A stretch of DNA of 64,000 bases from an uncultured Acidobacteriota bacterium (GTDB lineage: Bacteria > Acidobacteriota > Blastocatellia > RBC074), in the NCBI GenBank assembly GCA_963796275.1, contig CAWCKY010000004.1, forward strand, positions 480,001 through 544,000, written 5' to 3'. The translations under genes were made by a program, and so were the position numbers. The notes beneath the pieces are model-generated. The model saw only the letters and a list, made by a program, of their open reading frames with translations, had not been told where the DNA came from and searched no databases. Positions 53,101 to 63,621 of this stretch are shown here, piece by piece. Numbering within the stretch: the first letter of the stretch is position 1; every line of letters begins with the position of its first letter.

Positions 53101-54265
53101 GGAGTTCCACCTTCAGGCGGTCAAGAAATCATGCGAAGAGAAGAAGACCGCGTAAACGCGGAACTCCAAGCGATAGTTCGGAGTTCCGCCTTCAGGCGGT
53201 CGAGAAATCATGCTCAGAGAAAAGACCGCGTAAACGCGGAACTCCAAGCGATAGTTCGGAGTTCCGCCTTCAGGCGGTCAAGAAATCATGCTCAGAGAAA
53301 AGACCGCGTAAAACGTGGAACTCCAAGCGATAGTTCGGAGTTCCGCCTTCAGGCGGTCGAGAAATCATGCTCAGAGAAAAGACCGCGTAAACGCGGAACT
53401 CCAAGCGATAGTTCGGAGTTCCGCCTTCAGGCGGTCAAGAAATATGCTCAGAGAAAAGACCGCGTAAACGCGGAACTCCAAGCGATAGTTCGGAGTTCCG
53501 CCTTCAGGCGGTCAGGAAATAATGCTCAGAGAAAAGACCGCGTAAACGCGGAACTCCAAGCGATAGTTCGGTGTTCCGCCTTCAGGCGGTCAGGAAATAG
53601 TGCTCAGAGAAAAGACCGCGTAAACGCGGAACTCCAAGCGATAGTTCGGAGTTCCGCCTTCAGGCGGTCAGGAAATCATGCTCAGAGAAAAGACCGCGTA
53701 AACGCGGAACTCCAAGCGATAGTTCGGAGTTCCGCCTTCAGGCGGTCGAGAAATCATGCTCAGAGAAAAGACCGCGTAAACGCGGAACTCCAAGCGATAG
53801 TTCGGAGTTCCGCCTTCAGGCGGTCAGGAAATCATGCTCAGAGAAAAGACCGCGTAAACGCGGAACTCCAAGCGATAGTTCGGTGTTCCGCCTTCAGGCG
53901 GTCAGGAAATCATGCTCAGAGAAAAGACCGCGTAAACGCGGAACTCCAAGCGATAGTTCGGAGTTCCGCCTTCAGGCGGTCAGGAAATCATGCTCAGAGA
54001 AAAGACCGCGTAAACGCGGAACTCCAAGCGATAGTTCGGAGTTCCGCCTTCAGGCGGTCAGGAAATCATGCGAAGAGAAGAAGACCGCGTAAAACGTGGA
54101 ACTCCAAGCGATAGTTCGGTGTTCCGCCTTCAGGCGGTCGAGAAATAGTGCTCAGAGAAAAGACCGCGTAAAACGTGAAACTCCAAGCGATAGTTCGGAG
54201 TTCCGCCTTCAGGCGGTCAGGAAATAATGCTCAGAGAAAAGACCGCGTAAAACGTGGAAACTCCC
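53101..54265. repeat. Tandem array of 15 REP doublets (~78-bp unit, BIME/REPIN-like)
   Basis: Unit GGAGTTCCGCCTTCAGGCGGTC-AGGAAATCATGCTCAGAGAAAA-GACCGCGTAAACGCGGAACTCC-AAGCGATAGTTC; starts at 53101, 53180, 53258 ... 54118, 54197. Confidence 0.92.
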
Positions 54266-54301
54266 AACGCGAATTATCATGTTTGAGTTCCGTCAACGGA
54301 T

Positions 54302-55825
54302 TTACCGGTGTTTTTCCAGATAAAGAAGCGCGTTCGTCTGTACCTGAGGACAAGCGACCGTTCGAAGCGAGGTCTCGTGATCCCTCAGAACACGATTTGC
54401 TTTGCTGCGCGACCAATTCCACTGTCGCCATCCGGCATCCGGTTCGTCCGTCAACCTCTGCAATAACCGGTTGGCCAGTCCGCACCTTTGCTGATAATTC
54501 AGGTCTGGCAATGAAGCGATGATCTCCGGCACCGCGTCGGCGCTCAATGACGATATGTAATATGCATCAAATTGACGGCCGTCGGTCGCATGTCGCACAT
54601 TCTTCGAGACTATCAATCTGTCGGGATTGATGACCATTAATCCGAAAATCATCAAAAACCCCGTTATAACAGCTCCGAACGCGAAGCGATCGCGCTTCCC
54701 GCGCAGAACCGTCAGTACGAACCATCCGAAGACCATGGCTAACCAGCCCATAAAGGCTGTAGTGTATACCCTCAACTCCGTCAAACCGTACTCATGCTGA
54801 TATAACATCATCCGACGTAATGCCGAACCCATAATGACCGAAAGGAGTAATGTCATGGTTCCCGCGAGCACACGGAAGATAAGTTCGTTGCGCGGCTTCT
54901 CCAGGCGCAAGAGCCAGTGAGCGATGAGCAATAATGGCAGGACCAGCGCCGCGACGGTCACCAATTCGAAAAAACCGCCGCGCGCGTATTCGGCATAGGT
55001 TAACCCGGCGACCGCCTGCACGCGAGCGGCTCCGCCAAAAAAGTATCTGAATTGAACGATGACGAAGCCCAAAAACAAAGCGTCGAGCAAGCTGAGCGCT
55101 ATACTTATTTCGGTGATACCGAGATACAAACCTTGAGGCCGCCCGCCCGCCATAACAGTTATCTCTTTACCGAGCAGAATCCCGCGCAACAATCCGCATA
55201 CCATCCATGTGATACAGAGTGTTACAAGAGAGTGGAGGACGAGGCTCGATAAGTTCCAATTGAACGCGCGGGAGAGAAACTCTGAAAAGACGGCATCCGC
55301 AGTAGCCAACAGCCCGCCGAAGAGCAAAAGAAGCGGCAGAGCGATCGATAATCCCCGCAGGACGGCGAGCGAGTGTCTGACCCATCCGTCGTGCGGGATA
55401 TCCTTCCATTGAATATCTTCGACGATGAGTCTTACTGCCCCGGTGAACGCATTGAAGGCCGCTATAAAAACGCTCAAGATATATTCCATGACTCCCGTCC
55501 GCATCAGTCGGCCGGCTTGAGCGCGCAGAAGAGCCAAAGCGAGCGAGAAGCCGAGAGCGAGCAGACTCAAAGACTTCAATACGGGAGAATCGCGCCAGGC
55601 AACTGACGCGGCGAAAAGCAGTACGGGGATTGCCAGCCAGCGCCCATTGCCGTTCAAAGCGACCCGTCGCCATCGCACCATAAAGATCACAGAGGCAACC
55701 AGGGCCGCGGTCCAGACAAAAACGTTCAATCCCAGCGGCCTCACGCGCAGCATCATATCCCCCAGGACGCCAAGCGCGAATGCAACAACTAACACCCAGA
55801 TACCCAGTTTTGTCCTATCTGTCAT
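54302..55825 (-). CDS. DUF4173/DUF4153 family multi-pass membrane protein
   Basis: QFRYFFGG...LTYAEYARGGFFELV, YGLTELRVY, LSADAVP, WRQWNWS. Confidence 0.85.
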   Translation of the reverse strand: MTDRTKLGIWVLVVAFALGVLGDMMLRVRPLGLNVFVWTAALVASVIFMVRWRRVALNGNGRWLAIPVLLFAASVAWRDSPVLKSLSLLALGFSLALALLRAQAGRLMRTGVMEYILSVFIAAFNAFTGAVRLIVEDIQWKDIPHDGWVRHSLAVLRGLSIALPLLLLFGGLLATADAVFSEFLSRAFNWNLSSLVLHSLVTLCITWMVCGLLRGILLGKEITVMAGGRPQGLYLGITEISIALSLLDALFLGFVIVQFRYFFGGAARVQAVAGLTYAEYARGGFFELVTVAALVLPLLLIAHWLLRLEKPRNELIFRVLAGTMTLLLSVIMGSALRRMMLYQHEYGLTELRVYTTAFMGWLAMVFGWFVLTVLRGKRDRFAFGAVITGFLMIFGLMVINPDRLIVSKNVRHATDGRQFDAYYISSLSADAVPEIIASLPDLNYQQRCGLANRLLQRLTDEPDAGWRQWNWSRSKANRVLRDHETSLRTVACPQVQTNALLYLEKHR

Positions 55826-55920
55826 GATCCCTCCTTAATCGGATGGTTGGTAAGCGTGAAGCCGCTGAGCGTTGGATTGAGACGGCCCGAGATATTGCTG
55901 GAGAATTCGATCGAGACAGC

Positions 55921-56008
55921 GAATCAGTGACGCGAGTGTTAGCGAGGGCGACTCTAGTTAAGGATTTGCTACGGTAGACGCGCTCACTATCGCTCGCGGT
56001 ACTGATTC
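55921..56008. repeat. REP-like intergenic inverted repeat
   Basis: GAATCAGTGACGCGAG..TAGCGAG ... CTCACTATCGCTCGCGGTACTGATTC. Confidence 0.65.
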
Positions 56009-56062
56009 GTCAGGGACATCTCGGACCGCTGCAACGCTAAAGCGTTCCTCGGGACCCTCAAA

Positions 56063-56833
56063 CTAGCGCCTCCCCCGCGCGCTCAGGGGTTCCGCGGTGA
56101 CTCGCTCATGATCGAGCGAGAGACGGCCGAACCGTCGCTCGCGCCCGCGGAATTCATTAACTGCGGCTTCCAGATCTTTGCTGCCGAAGTCCGGCCATCT
56201 GCGCTGGATAAAAAAGAGTTCGGCATAGGCGCACTCCCAGAGTAGAAAGTCGCTCAGGCGCTGCTCCCCGCCCGTCCGAATCAGCAGATCGACATCGGGC
56301 GCCCGCACCCCGGAATGGTCGGCTTCGCCCAGCAGCAGTGCGAATTCATCGCGCGAGATCGGCTCACCATTTCCCCAATGGCTTGCCGCGCGGCAGATCG
56401 CGTCGCGCGCTGAATAATCGACCGCAGCCCGGACGGTGAGCGAGTTTCCGCGCCGGGTCGCCCCCTCCGCCGCCTCGATCGCCGTCAACAGTTCCGGCGA
56501 AAGCCGGTCGCGACGGCCGATGACGCTGATGCGTATGCCATTCTTGACGCAGGTCGCCGTCTCCGTGAGCAGGTACAGACGAAAAAGTTTCATCAATGCC
56601 CCGACCTCGCGCGGCGGCCTCCGCCAGTTGTCCGACGAAAAGGCGTAAAGAGTCAAAGTCGAGATTCCCAGCTCCTGCGCCGCCTCGATGACGCGCCGCA
56701 CCGCCTCTGCCCCGGCCCGGTGCCCAGCCGTCCGCGGCCTGCCCCGCTCCATCGCCCACCTCCCGTTGCCGTCCATGATGATCGCGACGTGCAAGCCGCA
56801 AAGTGGTACATTCAATAAATTACTTTGTGTCAT
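56063..56833 (-). CDS. uppS: Undecaprenyl diphosphate synthase (cis-prenyltransferase)
   Basis: [42 protein letters not shown]. Confidence 0.94.
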   Translation of the reverse strand: MTQSNLLNVPLCGLHVAIIMDGNGRWAMERGRPRTAGHRAGAEAVRRVIEAAQELGISTLTLYAFSSDNWRRPPREVGALMKLFRLYLLTETATCVKNGIRISVIGRRDRLSPELLTAIEAAEGATRRGNSLTVRAAVDYSARDAICRAASHWGNGEPISRDEFALLLGEADHSGVRAPDVDLLIRTGGEQRLSDFLLWECAYAELFFIQRRWPDFGSKDLEAAVNEFRGRERRFGRLSLDHERVTAEPLSARGRR

Positions 56834-56838
56834 AAAGT
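56822..56838. promoter_or_regulatory. Putative operator ACTTT-N7-AAAGT overlapping the uppS start
   Basis: ACTTTGTGTCATAAAGT; related site at 60312-60328. Confidence 0.5.
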
Positions 56839-56971
56839 GCATCTCCAAAAAACCGCCTCTGCTGATTCGAAAATATAAAAAATGAGGAGGATTCACCGCG
56901 AGCGTACTGAGATGACCGGGACGCCAGCTGCTTTTCGAGATTTTTGTTCCCCTCGCGGTTTTTGTAGCGAA

Positions 56972-58219
56972 TTATTCATATCTCAAACACTCGATCGGAT
57001 CGAGGCCGGCCGCTTTCTTCGCCGGCCAGACTCCGAAGATCAAGCCGATAGCTATCGATACCGACAACCCGCTGAAGATCGCCCAGAGCGGGATCTTGGC
57101 GGGCAGTTCCGGAAGAAAGAACACGATGACGTAGCTGATGACGATCGCGAGGATGACGCCCAGGAGACCACCCAGGAAGGTGAGAGTCATCGCTTCGAAG
57201 AGAAACTGCTGAACGATGTCGCGCCGCCGCGCTCCGATCGCCTTGCGGATGCCGATCTCGCGCGTGCGCTCGGTGACGCTCACGAGCATGATGTTCATTA
57301 CGCCGATTCCGCCCACCAGCAGCCCGACCCCGGAAATGGCGATCGCGAAAAGACCCACATACATCGTGATGCTGTCGAACTGTTCGATGATCTTATTCGC
57401 CGTGCTCAGATCGAAATTGTTCGGCTCGCTATATTTCACCCCTCTCTGGCGGCGCAGCGTCTCTTCGACCTGGTCGAGGCCCAGCGCCAGCATGCCCGAT
57501 TTGGCGCGGATGTGAAGCATTATATCCTCACTGTCCGGCGATAGTTTGCGCCCCGTCGCGAATGGGATGAAGATCGCATTGTCTTCTTCGCTCTCTCCGA
57601 AGAAGGTGCTTCGGCGCTTTTCGAGGACGCCGATGATCTCAAACGGGCGGCCGAGAAGCTCGACCTGGCGGCCGGTGGCTCTGGCCTGATTGGGGAAGAG
57701 CGATTCAACGACGTTGACCCCGATGACCATCACATCGCGCTTGTGCTCGTTGTCGGCCTCGTTGATGAACCTGCCCTCCTGCAGGGAGACGTTCGTGACA
57801 TCGGCATAACTCGCAGAAACTCCCTGCAGAAAGCCCTGCTTATATGCGTGTCCCTGGTATTTGATCGTCCGATCGAGCCGCCAGAGGAAGACGACATTGG
57901 CGACCTGGTCTATCGCACTCGCCTGGACGAGAATCGCCTCCCCATCTTCCGCCTTCAACGGTTTGCGCATGTATTCGCGCCGGTCGCGGTTACCCAGCCT
58001 GGGACCTGTGGAAAGGTGAAAGGCATAGATGTTGTTCGTCCCGTACTCCTCGACCATACTGACGATGCGGCCGCGCAATCCGGTCAGGATCGATGCAATC
58101 GCGATGACCGTCGTGACGCCGACGACGATCCCCAGCACCGTGAGAAAGCTGCGAAACTTGTGTGCCCGGATCGTGCCGAGCGCCATCATGATTGTTTCGG
58201 TCGGAAGTTTTGTTTTCAT
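56972..58219 (-). CDS. MacB/FtsX-family ABC transporter permease
   Basis: [54 protein letters not shown]. Confidence 0.95.
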   Translation of the reverse strand: MKTKLPTETIMMALGTIRAHKFRSFLTVLGIVVGVTTVIAIASILTGLRGRIVSMVEEYGTNNIYAFHLSTGPRLGNRDRREYMRKPLKAEDGEAILVQASAIDQVANVVFLWRLDRTIKYQGHAYKQGFLQGVSASYADVTNVSLQEGRFINEADNEHKRDVMVIGVNVVESLFPNQARATGRQVELLGRPFEIIGVLEKRRSTFFGESEEDNAIFIPFATGRKLSPDSEDIMLHIRAKSGMLALGLDQVEETLRRQRGVKYSEPNNFDLSTANKIIEQFDSITMYVGLFAIAISGVGLLVGGIGVMNIMLVSVTERTREIGIRKAIGARRRDIVQQFLFEAMTLTFLGGLLGVILAIVISYVIVFFLPELPAKIPLWAIFSGLSVSIAIGLIFGVWPAKKAAGLDPIECLRYE

Positions 58220-59464
58220 CTCTCTGTGCTCAATGCGACAATCGGGTCGAGCCGCGAAGCCTTATATGCCGGATAGATGCCCGCGATCATCCCGATCCCT
58301 CCCGAAACGATCAACGAGAGCAATACATAGAATATCGTGATGGTCATCGGGATCGGCGTCGCGATCCGGACGCCCCACGAAATGGCGGCCGCCAGCAGCA
58401 GCCCCAGCATGCCGCCGACCGCCGAAAGCAACGACGACTCGATAAGGAACTGCATGAGTATCTGGCTTCTCCTGGCCCCCACCGCTTTGCGGAGTCCCAC
58501 CTCGAATGTTCGCTCGGTGACCGAGACGAGCATGATATTCATGACGACGATGCCGCCGACGATGAGCGAGAGCAGGGTGATGGGCGTCACCACCATGGCG
58601 ATGGCGCCGGTGAACTGATCTACCTGATTATTGACGCCGCGGGTATTGACCAGACCGAAAGTGTCATCTTCATTGCCGATCAATTTATGGCGGTTGCGCA
58701 TGATCTGCCGTGCTTCATCGATTGCCTTATCGAGCGCCTCGGGGTTGTTAGCCTTCCCATGAAGTTGCAGGCTCTGCCGGCGTCCGAAAAGCCGTCCGTG
58801 AGTCGTGATCGGGATGTAAGCATGGTTGTCGAGATCATTCCCCATGAAGGTCCCGCGTTTCTCCTCCACCCCGATGACGGTCAACGGCATCTCTTGTATT
58901 TTGATGGTCTTCCCCACGGGATCTAGGCCGTCGAAGAGCTTCTCTTTAAGACCAGCGCCGATGACACAGACCAGAGCAGCGTGTTCGACTTCAAAGGAGG
59001 CGATGAAACGACCCTCGGAGATGGTCTTATCCTCGATATCGTCCATGTTCTCCGTCACACCCTGGATACCCGTACCGAAGGTTTCATTACCGTTACGCTC
59101 CAGGTTGACATTGGCCCAGGTCTGCGCACCCACCTCCTCACAGGTATCTGCAGCGGTCACGCAGCCATTCGTAATCTTCCAGGTAGAGCCGCTTGTTACG
59201 CCGCTGCATGCGCTCCCACTGCTCCTCCGTCACACGACCTTCTGAGGCGTACCGCGCGATCATGAAGTGATTGACTCCGAGTATCTTGGTAATGGACGAC
59301 ACTATGTAACTGTTGAACCCGTTGATCGATGCGCCGACGATCACTACGGATGCGACTCCGATGATGATCCCGATCAGTGTCAGAAAAGCGCGCAGCTTGT
59401 GCGCTATGATCGATTGCAAAGCGATTTTGGCCGCGTCAGCATAAAAAGAATAGAGGGATTTCAT
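58216..59464 (-). CDS. MacB/FtsX-family ABC transporter permease (+1 frameshift near 59147)
   Basis: N-half [16 protein letters not shown] (59138-59464) and C-half [23 protein letters not shown] (58216-59160) join to one ~415-aa permease. Confidence 0.88.
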
Positions 59465-59705
59465 AGTATCGGCTTCAGCTATAACGCTTGAGATCGGAAA
59501 TCATTAACAAACTGAATGCTTATTTTTGTTTATCTAATGTCCTTATAACGTCATGACTCCATCATGACTTCATCTGCTTAACGAAAATTATACCGCCCAG
59601 GTTGCAACATTGTAGCCACCCACACGGTGCAACGGGGCAGCGAGGCAGCGAGGCAAACGGGCCAAACCGGCCAGAAGTAAAGGATTGAGAACAGGTTGCG
59701 CACCT

Positions 59706-60194
59706 TCATCTAGCTTCTCCGATTACCATGACCGAGACGAAGCGTTTGCGCGCATCATCGAGTTCGACGAAGAAGATGCTCTGCCACCGGCCGAGTTGTA
59801 ACTCGCTGTCAACTATATTGATGGAGACCGAGGCGGGCAGTAAGAGAGCTTTGCAATGAGAATGGCCATTGGCCGGCTCGTCCGGCGGGACATCCAGCCG
59901 CCTGCTCAGATCGTTGTGTTGATAGTCCGCCTTGCGCGAGGCAAACCGCTCGAGCAGGAGCCGCATGTCCTCGAGCAATAGCGGTTCGTTCTCATTGACG
60001 ATGAGAGCCGTCGTCGTGTGCCGCGTCTGCACGTTGACCATTCCCAGACTGATCCCGGAACGCGCGACGATCCCGGCTATCTCTTCGGTGAGATCGATGA
60101 ACTGCAGACACTCCGAACTCTGCAGCGCGATCTGGCTGTGATGCGTCCTGAGGGACGCACCGGCCGTCTCTTCGATAACCCCTGTCCTGTACAT
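59706..60194 (-). CDS. YjbQ / UPF0047 family protein
   Basis: [37 protein letters not shown]. Confidence 0.9.
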   Translation of the reverse strand: MYRTGVIEETAGASLRTHHSQIALQSSECLQFIDLTEEIAGIVARSGISLGMVNVQTRHTTTALIVNENEPLLLEDMRLLLERFASRKADYQHNDLSRRLDVPPDEPANGHSHCKALLLPASVSINIVDSELQLGRWQSIFFVELDDARKRFVSVMVIGEAR

Positions 60195-60311
60195 ACCCCT
60201 CCTTGGAAAATACGTATATTTACCGTTTTTCAACCATTTAAATCACCCTACCCCCCATAATCCACCGCTAGATCCGGTAAATCATATCGCAAGTTGCAAT
60301 AACTATAAAGT

Positions 60312-60328
60312 ACTTTGCGCGACAAAGC
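60312..60328. promoter_or_regulatory. Putative operator upstream of the yjbQ-like gene
   Basis: ACTTTGCGCGACAAAGC, preceded by a half-site TAAAGT. Confidence 0.45.
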
Positions 60329-60361
60329 CACGCCTTAAAAACAAAAGCCGCGCAGAGCCGT

Positions 60362-60760
60362 TCAGCGTTCACGGGCGGCGCGGACCAGGGCTTCCATATG
60401 ATCGAGATACCTTTCGAGCGCTCGTCTGCCCGAGGCCGTGAGGCGATATTCGGTTTTGGGGATACGCCCCTCGAAAGATTTGAGGCAGGCGATGTAGTCG
60501 GCCTCTTCAAGTTTACGTGTATGGACGCTGATATTGCCGTCGGTCGTCTTGAGCAGTTCTTTGAGCTCGGTGAAAGTGAGAGATTCATTGGCTGCGAGCG
60601 CGCTGACGATCCCGAGTCGCATCCGTTCGTGGATGAGATTATCGAGTTCCGGCGCCTTCTCGGCTGCGCGCATTGCCTCAAGCGCGCGCGCGGCTCCGCG
60701 CGGCTTGGCAGCTTGCGTCTTATCCTGTTGCGCGGTTGTACGAGCTGTCTGTCTAGCCAC
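60362..60760 (-). CDS. Winged-helix transcriptional regulator (MarR/ArsR-like, HTH_34)
   Basis: [50 protein letters not shown]. Confidence 0.92.
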   Translation of the reverse strand: MARQTARTTAQQDKTQAAKPRGAARALEAMRAAEKAPELDNLIHERMRLGIVSALAANESLTFTELKELLKTTDGNISVHTRKLEEADYIACLKSFEGRIPKTEYRLTASGRRALERYLDHMEALVRAARER

Positions 60761-61376
60761 CGTGTCTCCTTGCGATGATAGTTCCGAAGGTGATGTGAAG
60801 CCCTCCGAATCCCAGAGCCATGAGAAAGTTCCCCCAACCGATGGGGGCGAAGAGCGCCACGCTCCCGAGGGCCATAAAGCAGAGTCCCATAACCGGCACG
60901 ACCTTGACCGAAAATGCCCCGCCCGTCATGACTCCTGCACCGTAGAGGAGCATCCACAACCCGGGGAGGATGTCGTAGGCTTCAACGTGCGCGAGCGCGA
61001 TCGAGATGAGAGCTCCAGCCAACAGCGGTGGTGCCAAACTGAGCGTGAATTTGCGACCCGGTCCCGATAGCAGTTTGAGTTGCGCCGCATGCGCCTTGCG
61101 CTTCATCGTCAAACCGCCGATGAACAGCGCGAGGGGCAATTCGCAGGCCCAGACGAACATCCACCTGTGTTCATCGCGAATCCGTGCGGCGATCAGGGCA
61201 GCCACCATTGCCGTCAACCCAACCAATACCCCGCCCCACCCCGGCACGGCCGTGAACGAGGAAGCGCGTTCCATCGTCTCGCGGATATAGCGCAGGTTGT
61301 CCATCGCACGATGATGCAATGCGGGCGGCGAGCTATCTTCATCAATTTCCGAGCGAAGCGGGCGAACTGAACTCAT
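60753..61376 (-). CDS. Multi-pass membrane protein coupled to the wHTH regulator
   Basis: [13 protein letters not shown], six hydrophobic helices, GFGGLHI.FG; overlaps the regulator start. Confidence 0.85.
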   Translation of the reverse strand: MSSVRPLRSEIDEDSSPPALHHRAMDNLRYIRETMERASSFTAVPGWGGVLVGLTAMVAALIAARIRDEHRWMFVWACELPLALFIGGLTMKRKAHAAQLKLLSGPGRKFTLSLAPPLLAGALISIALAHVEAYDILPGLWMLLYGAGVMTGGAFSVKVVPVMGLCFMALGSVALFAPIGWGNFLMALGFGGLHITFGTIIARRHGG

Positions 61377-61452
61377 AGATAAATTATAATACACACTGGC
61401 TTAGCGTCAGACAAGTTCTTTTCGGGATAAAGCCTGAACAGAGGGGGGAAGG

Positions 61453-61557
61453 CAGTTTTGAGTTTTCAGTTTTCAGTTCGCTGGCCACAGTCTGAGTTAC
61501 ATCAATTATGAGATGTGAACTTTGGACAGCGAACTCAAAACTAAAAACTGGAAACTG
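61453..61557. repeat. Heptamer tandem inverted repeat
   Basis: cagttttgagttttcagttttcagttcgctg ... cagcgaactcaaaactaaaaactggaaactg. Confidence 0.8.
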
Positions 61558-61558
61558 A

Positions 61559-62317
61559 TTAGAATTTTCGGCCGCGATTATGGCCGATCTTGAGACGGTA
61601 ATCATCGCCCTTGATCTCGACGACTTTACACATCTCGTGCAGGCGTGAGCGGAGCCGCACACCTACACGGTCCGTCAGCGTCTCGTCGCTCGAATTTTGG
61701 AGATCATCCAGATAGTTAGTCGTGAAGATCGTGACTTTCCTGTCATTGTAGCGGGTATTGATGATCTGAGTCATAGTATCGCGCACCCAATCGGTCGGCT
61801 TCGACGCGCCGAGCTCATCGAGTACCAGGATTTCAGACTGATAAACGGGCTCGAGGACTCGCAATTCGGTCGTATTCGACACCGGATTGTAGCTGTTCTG
61901 GATCTCTTTGAGCAGATCTCGAAAATCGTAAAAGAGACAGGAGATGCCTTTATTGATGAGCGCTTTGATCGTCGCCACGGCGAGATGCGTCTTGCCCACT
62001 CCGCACGGGCCTATGAAGAGGAGACCGATGTCGAGCACCGGATACTCGCGCGCGAGTTTCTGTGCATCATTCAATGCGTGCGATTGAGAGCGGAAGATTT
62101 CGTCAGCGGTGAAGTTGTTGCCTTGTGGATGATAGTTCTCGAATGAACAATTCTCGTAGCGCCTGGGTATTGTGGCTGCAGCAGCCAATTGCTCGCGTCG
62201 TTCGCTAAACCGGCAACGACATTGGCGGGCTCCCTTACCCTCTACGTATTCCCATCCTGTGCCACAACAGTACTCGCAAACTGAGTGTCGTTGGGGTTTA
62301 CTCGGTTCAAAAGCCAT
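61559..62317 (-). CDS. DnaC/IstB-like AAA+ ATPase with N-terminal Cys motif
   Basis: CEYCCGTGW...[24 protein letters not shown]...TIFTTN, SRLHEMC. Confidence 0.88.
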   Translation of the reverse strand: MAFEPSKPQRHSVCEYCCGTGWEYVEGKGARQCRCRFSERREQLAAAATIPRRYENCSFENYHPQGNNFTADEIFRSQSHALNDAQKLAREYPVLDIGLLFIGPCGVGKTHLAVATIKALINKGISCLFYDFRDLLKEIQNSYNPVSNTTELRVLEPVYQSEILVLDELGASKPTDWVRDTMTQIINTRYNDRKVTIFTTNYLDDLQNSSDETLTDRVGVRLRSRLHEMCKVVEIKGDDYRLKIGHNRGRKF

Positions 62318-62585
62318 CTGTTATTGAATAGTTTATTTATTATCAATGACCGGGGCTACTAAATCTGCGCCTCTTGTCATCTCATCACATTTTCACCAGC
62401 GCTCTGCCGCCAATTTGTGAATTTGAGCATTGAGCTGAAAGAATGCGCATTATAGGTGAGCGGTAGGGTCATTTCAATTGAAACCCGTATATCGCGCCCG
62501 TTAAATTTGCTAATTGAATTTTAGCCGGTGTAAAATCACATCTCGGCGTTGCCTGAGCCGGAATTTGTCATCTGTAACATCCATT

Positions 62586-62966
62586 ATGTCGAAAAAAATG
62601 CCATCCCTCGCGCGCGCGAGTTTATTGCTGTCGATCGCTCTCTCCGCTGCCGCTCTGAGTCAAACGGGACAAACGAGGCAGACGGGGCAAGATGGTAAAA
62701 CAACCCAAGAGAGTCAGACGAGCCAATCGGGAAAAAAGACTGAAAAGGGGCAAGATGAGCGGCAGCAGACCAGAGTCGTCACTCAAAATTCCAAGGCGGT
62801 CAATGAGTCATGCGATGGGGCGTTAAATATTGTGCCGACCAAATCCATGACCTTCACGCGCAAGCGACGACCATCACAGAGCGAGGAGAAACAGAAACCG
62901 GCGACCGAAAAGAATCGAGAGTCTAACCAGGCAGAACGCCAGCCGGGCGATGGGCAAAAAAGATGA
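62586..62966 (+). CDS. Secreted low-complexity hypothetical protein
   Basis: Signal peptide, Q/T/K-rich; CDGALNIVP..SMTFTRKRRP. Confidence 0.6.
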   Translation: MSKKMPSLARASLLLSIALSAAALSQTGQTRQTGQDGKTTQESQTSQSGKKTEKGQDERQQTRVVTQNSKAVNESCDGALNIVPTKSMTFTRKRRPSQSEEKQKPATEKNRESNQAERQPGDGQKR

Positions 62967-63008
62967 TGCCGATATTTTTGTTCTTTATTTACTGATCCGG
63001 ATAATGCT

Positions 63009-63440
63009 ATGTCGAGTGTGAGGAAACAGCGACGATATCGCGCCCTCAGCGCACTGCTGGCGATCTTGCTCGGCTGGGCAGCTACTCACTCATCACTAGC
63101 ATTTGGTTGGTCGGGCGACTGCCGGATGGCCTGTTGCCTGGTGCACGGCCGCGGCGGGACCGACGGGGCAGATGGTGAAGTCTGCTGTACCCTCAATCAC
63201 GGCCACGATAAGAATCAATCCACATCTCTTCAAGCGGCGGTCGGAGCACGATGTCCGGCAGATTGCGTCGCTCCTGCCTCTTCAGCCCGTTTATTTCCAA
63301 GTGGGATCAACCGCGAAATTACTCGGCTCATCGGTCTTTCAACCTCAGCGCTCTCGCTGCCTCAAGAACTTGAGCTGACTCATGATCCGCTCAGTTCTGC
63401 CCCCACACCAACGCGCGCTCCTCCTTCTCTCTTCTGCTAA
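63009..63440 (+). CDS. Cys-rich DUF2946/CruR-like protein ending in RAPP
   Basis: N-terminal hydrophobic signal, CRMACC, VCC..NHGH, CPADC, C-terminal PTRAPPS; upstream of a TonB-dependent receptor. Confidence 0.7.
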   Translation: MSSVRKQRRYRALSALLAILLGWAATHSSLAFGWSGDCRMACCLVHGRGGTDGADGEVCCTLNHGHDKNQSTSLQAAVGARCPADCVAPASSARLFPSGINREITRLIGLSTSALSLPQELELTHDPLSSAPTPTRAPPSLFC

Positions 63441-63621
63441 GAGCAAACTGATCGATAGAACCACGATGAGACGAAGAGCACGAAGGAGAGGTCTGCCTGC
63501 CGGCCATTCTCATTTTCTTCGTCGCCTCGAGGTGTCTATCTGCAAATGACGACCTGAAAAAATGTAAATTTAGAACAGGTTCGAAAATCTGCACTAGATT
63601 TGCAGAGGAGCGATACTACAA

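Noticed and set aside
53101-54265. CRISPR array
   Set aside because: Intervening sequences are nearly identical rather than unique spacers, the unit is a REP doublet, and there are no cas genes.
53026-54522. Repeat protein ORFs (362 aa and shorter)
   Set aside because: By-product of a 78-bp unit divisible by three; indels shift frames freely and the conservation is at the DNA-palindrome level.
60268-60957. 229-aa minus-strand ORF and other long overlapping alternative-frame ORFs (e.g. 22725-23462, 28026-28775, 58192-58926)
   Set aside because: They overlap well-supported genes and are typical shadow ORFs of GC-rich coding DNA.
61559-62317. IS21 element or prophage replication module
   Set aside because: No istA transposase, terminal repeats or phage genes adjacent; treated as a stand-alone DnaC-like ATPase.
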